A DNA stretch of 64,000 nt, taken from the NCBI GenBank assembly GCA_041601615.1, contig JBFIHX010000008.1, positions 36,261 through 100,260 on the forward strand, written 5' to 3'. A program made the position numbers and the translations under genes. This stretch comes from Thermoplasmatota archaeon. GTDB lineage: Archaea; Thermoplasmatota; E2; JACPAO01; JAHFTW01. Under the pieces are notes generated by a model, which saw nothing but the letters and a program-made list of their open reading frames with translations, had not been told where the DNA came from and did not search any database. Below, one piece after another: positions 58,581 to 64,000 of the stretch. How positions within the stretch are numbered: position 1 is the first letter of the stretch; the number at the start of each line of letters is the position of its first letter.

Positions 58581-60482
58581 TTACCATCCCGGTGGCGTAA
58601 ACAAACTGCTCGCGTCGCGTTGGACGATGGGCAGTTTCAGGTCACTGCTTGCGTCGGCGTGGATGGTCACGGGGTTCGTGATGGCGCTCGGCATGTAGTC
58701 ACGGCCGCCTGCGGCGAGGACCAGTTCGAGTTCGTGTCCGGCGGGGACCATGACGTCGAGTGGGAAGAACTCCATGTTGGCTACTAGGGGCTGGAGCGGC
58801 ACGACAGGGGCGGCGGTTTGCCCGCCGGCGGCATAGCGCAGGTCCATGATGGCGTGGCCGAGGCGGCGGTCGTCGGTTTTGTCTCGAAGTTCCGCGTAGA
58901 CGAGTCCTCCTGCACCTTCCGGCGTGACGGTGGCATGGAAGAGCGGTAGTCCTGCGATGCGGGTGCCAGTGGCGTCGTTGAGCACGCCGAGGTCGAATCG
59001 GAGCACTTGGTTGGGGCCGTAGAAGCCGCCCGAGACGGGTTCGTAGATGCCGTAGATGCGGGTGTCGGCGCCTCGGGTCTGGGTCATTTGATCCATGCCC
59101 ATGTTGTTCCATTGGAGGTCGGCGGGAGGCCAGGTGGATTCGATGCGCCATTGGTGCTTGTCGTCCTCGATTTCAACGTGAAGCTGCGGGGCGCCTCCAG
59201 TCTCGGCGAGGTAGTAATCGAACCACTCTAGAAGATCCTGGGCCCAGTCCCAGCGCAGGTTGTCGGGGTGTTCACTGACGCGGTCGGGGTAGTTGTGGCC
59301 CCATTGTCCAAACAGGCCTTTGATGTCGAGGCCTTTGGCTTCGAGTTCTTGGTAGAACGGGAACGCCATGTGGGGGTCGACGTTCCAGTCTTGCATGCCG
59401 TGGATGAAGTAGACGCTGCCCTCGTAGTTTGCGAGGACTTCGTCTTTGAAGCTGCGTTCGCTCCAGTAGCTGCCTCCTTCGAGTGCACTGGCAGGGTCGC
59501 CGCCGTAGAGGTACGCGGCAGCGGCCTGGGCGGCGCCGGTTTGGGTGTCGGCGCAGAGGCTGTTTTCGACGATTTGCCGCGCTTGCAGAAGGACTGGGTC
59601 GGCGCCTTCGTCGGCGATGCGCACTTCCTGGCCGGTGTAGGTGAAGGCGTAGTAGAGGCCCCAGAGGACGCCGGGTCCGCGGAATTCCACGCTGCCGTTG
59701 CGCCACATGAGGTCCATTTGGCCGTAGAGGCCGCTGATGGGGACGACGGTTTTGAGTTCGGGCAGGTCGGTGGCCATGGCGGCTTCCCAGGGGGTGCTGC
59801 CGTCGTAGCTGCGGCCGATGAGGCCGACGTTGCCGTTGCTCCAGGGGCTTTGGCCAAGGAATCGGACGGCTTCTTGGACGCCGGCTTGTTCGACGGGGCC
59901 CATGAGGTCCATGCAGCCGGTGGAGTCGCCGGTGCCGGTGACGCTCACTTGGGCGATGATGTAGCCGTGGGGAACGAGGTTTTCGATCAAGAATCGGCCG
60001 AGGCGGTTGGCGGGTTGGGTGGCGTAGATGTCACCGAGGATCGGTTCGCCGTAGTAGGGGCCGATGTCGGCGACCACGGGGAGTTGGCAGTGTTCGGGCA
60101 TTCCGTCTGCGGCGGCCGCACCCTGCAAGGTCAATGGCAGGGATCCAACGCGCATGGTGGTGGGCCATTCGCAGCCTTCGATGTCGGGGAAAAACAGGCC
60201 CATGTGTACGTCGGCGGAGGGCAGGCCGGTGCCGACGGGCATTTCGACGCGCAGCACTTGGCCGACGCCGGGAAGGATGCCAAGGGGGCCGGCTTCGAGC
60301 ACGCGACTGTAGGAATGGGCGGTTGCGTCGGTGACGAAGGGTAGTCCTGCTCGGTCTTGGACGCGGGTGATGGCGCCGTCGAGTGCGGTTGGATCAGTAT
60401 CGCTGGTCTTGGTCGTGCCGCTGTCGAGGCAGCCGGACGCTGCCAGGAGTGCCATGGCGGTTGCAAGCAGGAGTACGCGCAT
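58581..60482 (-). CDS. CocE/NonD (S15/PepX-like) hydrolase lipoprotein
   Basis: ASGC; GTGDSTGC, GRSYDG nucleophile, HGMQDWNV, GQWGH. Confidence 0.88.
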   Translation of the reverse strand: MRVLLLATAMALLAASGCLDSGTTKTSDTDPTALDGAITRVQDRAGLPFVTDATAHSYSRVLEAGPLGILPGVGQVLRVEMPVGTGLPSADVHMGLFFPDIEGCEWPTTMRVGSLPLTLQGAAAADGMPEHCQLPVVADIGPYYGEPILGDIYATQPANRLGRFLIENLVPHGYIIAQVSVTGTGDSTGCMDLMGPVEQAGVQEAVRFLGQSPWSNGNVGLIGRSYDGSTPWEAAMATDLPELKTVVPISGLYGQMDLMWRNGSVEFRGPGVLWGLYYAFTYTGQEVRIADEGADPVLLQARQIVENSLCADTQTGAAQAAAAYLYGGDPASALEGGSYWSERSFKDEVLANYEGSVYFIHGMQDWNVDPHMAFPFYQELEAKGLDIKGLFGQWGHNYPDRVSEHPDNLRWDWAQDLLEWFDYYLAETGGAPQLHVEIEDDKHQWRIESTWPPADLQWNNMGMDQMTQTRGADTRIYGIYEPVSGGFYGPNQVLRFDLGVLNDATGTRIAGLPLFHATVTPEGAGGLVYAELRDKTDDRRLGHAIMDLRYAAGGQTAAPVVPLQPLVANMEFFPLDVMVPAGHELELVLAAGGRDYMPSAITNPVTIHADASSDLKLPIVQRDASSLFTPPGW

Positions 60483-60606
60483 TGATTCTGGACCAGTTGC
60501 GGTGCATCATAGCGATTGTGGTGGTTGGCGGGCGACGTCTCCTGGCGCAAGGGATTTTTGACAAATCGAGGGCGGTTTTTTTGGGTCGCCGCGTGGTTGC
60601 AGGGGT

Positions 60607-60954
60607 ATGCACGCTGGTACTACCGCAGGCATTGTCGTAACTGCACTTGCGCTCATGAGCATTGGATCGTTGAGCGCGAGTGCGGAGGACATTTGTTATG
60701 GGACAAAGGATCCGAACAACTACACCATGGTCTGCGCGACCGAGACGCCGGGAGGCGGCCACGACCGTGGCTGGTTCGGTTGCGTGGAGACCTACGAGAC
60801 GGATGGCTACAACGTGGACTACGAGCGGGTTTGCGCCCTTTCGTACAGCGAAGAGGACGTGTGCGTCATCGGTGGCAAGAACTACCACGGCAACCCCGGC
60901 GACTACACGGAGAGCCACGGCTGCATGATTGGCGGCGACGGCACGACGCAGTAG
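60607..60954 (+). CDS. Small secreted acidic Cys-rich protein (6 Cys)
   Basis: Signal peptide to SASA; D/E/G/Y-rich mature part. Confidence 0.7.
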   Translation: MHAGTTAGIVVTALALMSIGSLSASAEDICYGTKDPNNYTMVCATETPGGGHDRGWFGCVETYETDGYNVDYERVCALSYSEEDVCVIGGKNYHGNPGDYTESHGCMIGGDGTTQ

Positions 60955-61017
60955 CGTTCCTGCCTTCTCATCGATGAAGGGGCCCGTGCCCTGGAGACTT
61001 CTTTCTATTCTTCTCTT

Positions 61018-62841
61018 CTATTCTTGATTCGCCTCGGGCATGGGGGGCACGAAGTACGCATCCGCCGGCGCGGCGAGGGTGCTAAGGCGCAGAATCACGC
61101 TGGCGGTGTCAATGGTGACGGGCGCCAGGACGGGGCTTGGCAGGTAGTTGTTGCCTGTTTCTTTGACGATCAAACCAAGTTCATGGCCGGCCGGCAGTGC
61201 CGCTGCGAAGTATTCGAACGGAATCTCGATGTTCATGCCAACACCGGGCACGACGGGAGTTTCGCCGCCGGGTGCGTGGCGCAGTTCCGTAATGCCGTAG
61301 CTGAGGCCGAAGTTGTTGCCGGTGGTTGCGTCAAACAGTTCGACGTACAACTGGCCGCCGGGGCCGCTTGGGGTGACGGTCATGCGCACGGAGCTGAGGC
61401 CGGCGAGGACCGTTTCCTCGTCATTGTTGAGGACGCCGAGGTTCCAGGTGAGGGTGTTGGCGGCGGTGCTGACGGCGGGACCCGATTCGCCAACAAGTGG
61501 CAGTTCGAGCACGGTCGCGGCGCTCGGTTGCAGAGCGTCGTCGACCCGCCAGCGGCCGTCTTGCAGTTCCACTTGGACGTGCAAGTCCGGCGCCGGGCCC
61601 GTTTCCATGAGGTAATGGTTGAACCACTCCAGCATTTCTTGCGCCCAATCGTAGCGCGGGTTGGAGGGGTGCTCAGAGACGCGGTCGGGGTAGTTGTGGC
61701 CCCATTGACCAAACATGGCCTTGGCATCGAGGCCCTTGTCGGCGAGTGCTTGGTAGCCAATGGTGCCGGCGTGTGGGTCGACATTGTCGTCGAGCAAGCC
61801 GTGGATGAGGTAGATGCTGCCTTCGTAGTTGGCGACGGAGCGCTCGACGAAAGTGCGTTCGGCCCAGTAGGTGCCTTCGGCGTCGGTCACGCCATCGCCG
61901 GCTAGGTACGCAGCGGCGCCAAGAGGTGCGGCGGTGAGCCAGTCGGGGCAGGTGGCGCGGTGGCGCACGGCCGAGGCGGGGTCGGGGCCGGGGACGCCGA
62001 AGGTGCCGTAGATGACGTTGTGGAAAGTCAGGATGCGGGCTTCACTGGCGCCATTCCAGGTGACGAGGTCTTGCAAGCCCGAAAGACCGCTGATGGGCAC
62101 GATGGTCTTGAGATGCTCCGAGCCGTGCGCGGCGGCCATCCAGGGGGTGCTGCCGTCGTAGCTGCGGCCAATGAGTCCAACGTTGCCGTTGCTCCAGTCC
62201 TGGGTGCCGAGCCATTCGACGGCGTGGTGGACGCCCAGTTGCTCAGCAAGGCCGAACATGTCGAAGCAGTGGTTGGATTGGCCGGAGCCAAGCACCGAAA
62301 CTTGTGCGACGGCGTATCCATGCGGAACGAACGTGGAAATCAGCCATTCGCCGAGCCGGCCGCTGCCGCGTTCTTCGGCGGGTACGTCGGATTCGGTGTA
62401 GTAGGGGCCTACGTCGGCGATTACCGGAACGTGGCAGTCAGGCGCGAGGGTGGTTTCCTCGTGCTGGGTACCGATGACCATGCCCGTCGCGTGGTCTACG
62501 TGGACCGATGCGAAGTCACAACCGGGAATGTCGGGCAAGAAGAGGCCCAAGTGGACCTTGGCGCCTTCTGGGTCGAGCGCGGCGCCGCCCTCGGTGACGG
62601 GCAAAGGAACGTCCACGAATACGCTCAGGGACGGGAGAATGTCGAATGCGCCCGCAAGGAGCGTGTAGGACCAGTTCTCGGTGAGGTTGAACGGCATTTC
62701 GGCGCGCTCGAAGACGCTCGTGAGGCCCGTGATAGCCGCGTCGTCGTGTTGAAGATCATCGCCCGAGCCGCTGTCGAGGCAGCCGGATAGAGCCGGAAGG
62801 GCCACGAGGGATGCCAAAAGCATCGCCTGCAAGATACGCAT
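61018..62841 (-). CDS. CocE/NonD hydrolase lipoprotein (paralog)
   Basis: LSGC; GRSYDG, HGLLDDNV, GQWGHNYPDR. Confidence 0.88.
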   Translation of the reverse strand: MRILQAMLLASLVALPALSGCLDSGSGDDLQHDDAAITGLTSVFERAEMPFNLTENWSYTLLAGAFDILPSLSVFVDVPLPVTEGGAALDPEGAKVHLGLFLPDIPGCDFASVHVDHATGMVIGTQHEETTLAPDCHVPVIADVGPYYTESDVPAEERGSGRLGEWLISTFVPHGYAVAQVSVLGSGQSNHCFDMFGLAEQLGVHHAVEWLGTQDWSNGNVGLIGRSYDGSTPWMAAAHGSEHLKTIVPISGLSGLQDLVTWNGASEARILTFHNVIYGTFGVPGPDPASAVRHRATCPDWLTAAPLGAAAYLAGDGVTDAEGTYWAERTFVERSVANYEGSIYLIHGLLDDNVDPHAGTIGYQALADKGLDAKAMFGQWGHNYPDRVSEHPSNPRYDWAQEMLEWFNHYLMETGPAPDLHVQVELQDGRWRVDDALQPSAATVLELPLVGESGPAVSTAANTLTWNLGVLNNDEETVLAGLSSVRMTVTPSGPGGQLYVELFDATTGNNFGLSYGITELRHAPGGETPVVPGVGMNIEIPFEYFAAALPAGHELGLIVKETGNNYLPSPVLAPVTIDTASVILRLSTLAAPADAYFVPPMPEANQE

Positions 62842-63029
62842 AGGCGCACGATGCCGGGCTGGCGTACTTGACCATTGTCGAGTCGGCCTGTATGTTGGGC
62901 GTCTGCCTTGCCTAGTTTGGGCCGAAAGGAATTGTGATTGCCAGAGAGAAAATCCGATTTTTTCAGGAGAACGAACCCCTAGGATGGCCCACAACCCCAA
63001 TATACAACCCCCTCGTCGGCGCGACCCAT

Positions 63030-63905
63030 ATGGTGACCGCTCAGGTCGAGGACGCTACGTCCCCGTTGGAAAAGAAGGACCAGCTTCAGCAAAAAGCGAA
63101 TCAGTTGCGCAAGGAACGCGACCGACTCAACGACGAGGCTCGCGGCCACGCCGAGGAGCGCGACGAGTACAACGCGAAGGTTCGCGGATTGGTCAACGAG
63201 GCCAACGAGCACAAAAAGCGCCGTGACGAACTCAACGAGAATGTCCGACGCCAAAAGGACGCCCGCGACGAGGCCAACCGCATCGCCGACGACGCGATGA
63301 AGCTCGCCGACACCATGCGCCGCGAACGCATGCCCGATGGTGCCGCCAACCTCAACGTGGCTCGCCTCAAGAAGGAAGCCCGCACCCTGGAGTACCAGCA
63401 AATGACCTCGGTCATGACGCCGGCCAAGGAACGTGCCCTCGTCGAGCGCCTCCAGGACATCGGCAAGGCCCTGCGCGAGAAGGAAAAGGTGCTGCGCGCC
63501 GATCCTGAACTCAAGGCGTCGATGGAAAAGGCGGATCTCCTGAAGGAGAAGGCCGAGAAGGAGCACTCGAAGGTTGCAGGTCTGGCCGAGAAAGCGCAGG
63601 CCGAGCACGATTCGATGATCAAGCTCTACAAGGAGTCGGACAAGCTTCGCAAGGTGGCAGACAAGCTGCAAGAGAAGTTCGTCGTTTCCAAGATGGAGGC
63701 CGACAAGATCCACAAGGCGTACATCGAGTACGTCAACCAGATTCACGAGATCGAGGATTCGCTTGGTGGCGGCGGTGGCCGCGCCAGTGGCACCACGGTC
63801 AAGCAAGCCGAAGCGGCGGCGGACGAGGTCTACGAGAAGTTCAAGTCGGGCGAAAAATTGTCCACCGAAGACTTGCTGACCTTGCAAAAGGCCGGGCTTC
63901 TCTGA
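63030..63905 (+). CDS. Archaeal coiled-coil protein (COG1340-like)
   Basis: RDELN heptads, LEYQQMTSVMTPAKE, KFKSGEKLSTEDLL. Confidence 0.85.
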   Translation: MVTAQVEDATSPLEKKDQLQQKANQLRKERDRLNDEARGHAEERDEYNAKVRGLVNEANEHKKRRDELNENVRRQKDARDEANRIADDAMKLADTMRRERMPDGAANLNVARLKKEARTLEYQQMTSVMTPAKERALVERLQDIGKALREKEKVLRADPELKASMEKADLLKEKAEKEHSKVAGLAEKAQAEHDSMIKLYKESDKLRKVADKLQEKFVVSKMEADKIHKAYIEYVNQIHEIEDSLGGGGGRASGTTVKQAEAAADEVYEKFKSGEKLSTEDLLTLQKAGLL

Positions 63906-64000
63906 GACGAAGTCGAAGAGACGGCCGGCTTCGCTGCTGCGTCGGATTGATGCAGTGGCAGGCCGGGCTTCTCTGAGACGAAGTCGAATAGACAGCCGGC
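63889..64000. repeat. 41-bp direct repeat, two copies, 71-bp period
   Basis: AGGCCGGGCTTCTCTGAGACGAAGTCGAA(G/T)AGAC(G/A)GCCGGC at 63889 and 63960. Confidence 0.85.

Noticed and set aside
63889-64000. CRISPR array
   Set aside because: Only two copies are visible, the first overlaps a coding end, the spacer is itself a hairpin, and no cas genes or leader are seen.

Overview
This is a high-GC archaeal chromosomal window, most consistent with Thermoplasmatota. The evidence is an archaeal pantoate kinase plus coaBC, a PAC2 chaperone, an ATP-dependent DNA ligase, a COG1340-like coiled-coil protein, an archaeal tRNA-Gln and many LAGC lipoproteins. Core genes include gpmI, thpR, a bacterial-type purH-purN-folC-pabBA-pabC-folP operon interrupted by an MNT-HEPN toxin-antitoxin pair, alaA, csp, dodecin and an ABC-F ATPase. 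These are interleaved with secreted peptidases (M28 x2, S8, CocE/NonD x2, one degenerate M12-like) and many small Cys-rich secreted proteins. Two decayed tyrosine-integrase elements lie in tandem at the 3' end of tRNA-Gln(TTG), at about 43.4-55.5 kb. The best candidates for something new are: (1) a stand-alone half-length deoxyhypusine hydroxylase (DOHH)-like protein; (2) a three-gene secreted operon with Cys-bracketed, curlin-like 20-aa repeats; (3) a large secreted protein with two Reelin-like subrepeats inside the tRNA-Gln element; (4) a triplicated Tyr/Cys-rich secreted miniprotein locus; (5) a mucin-like surface histidine kinase. All family calls come from motifs read by eye and remembered family sequences; no searches were run.
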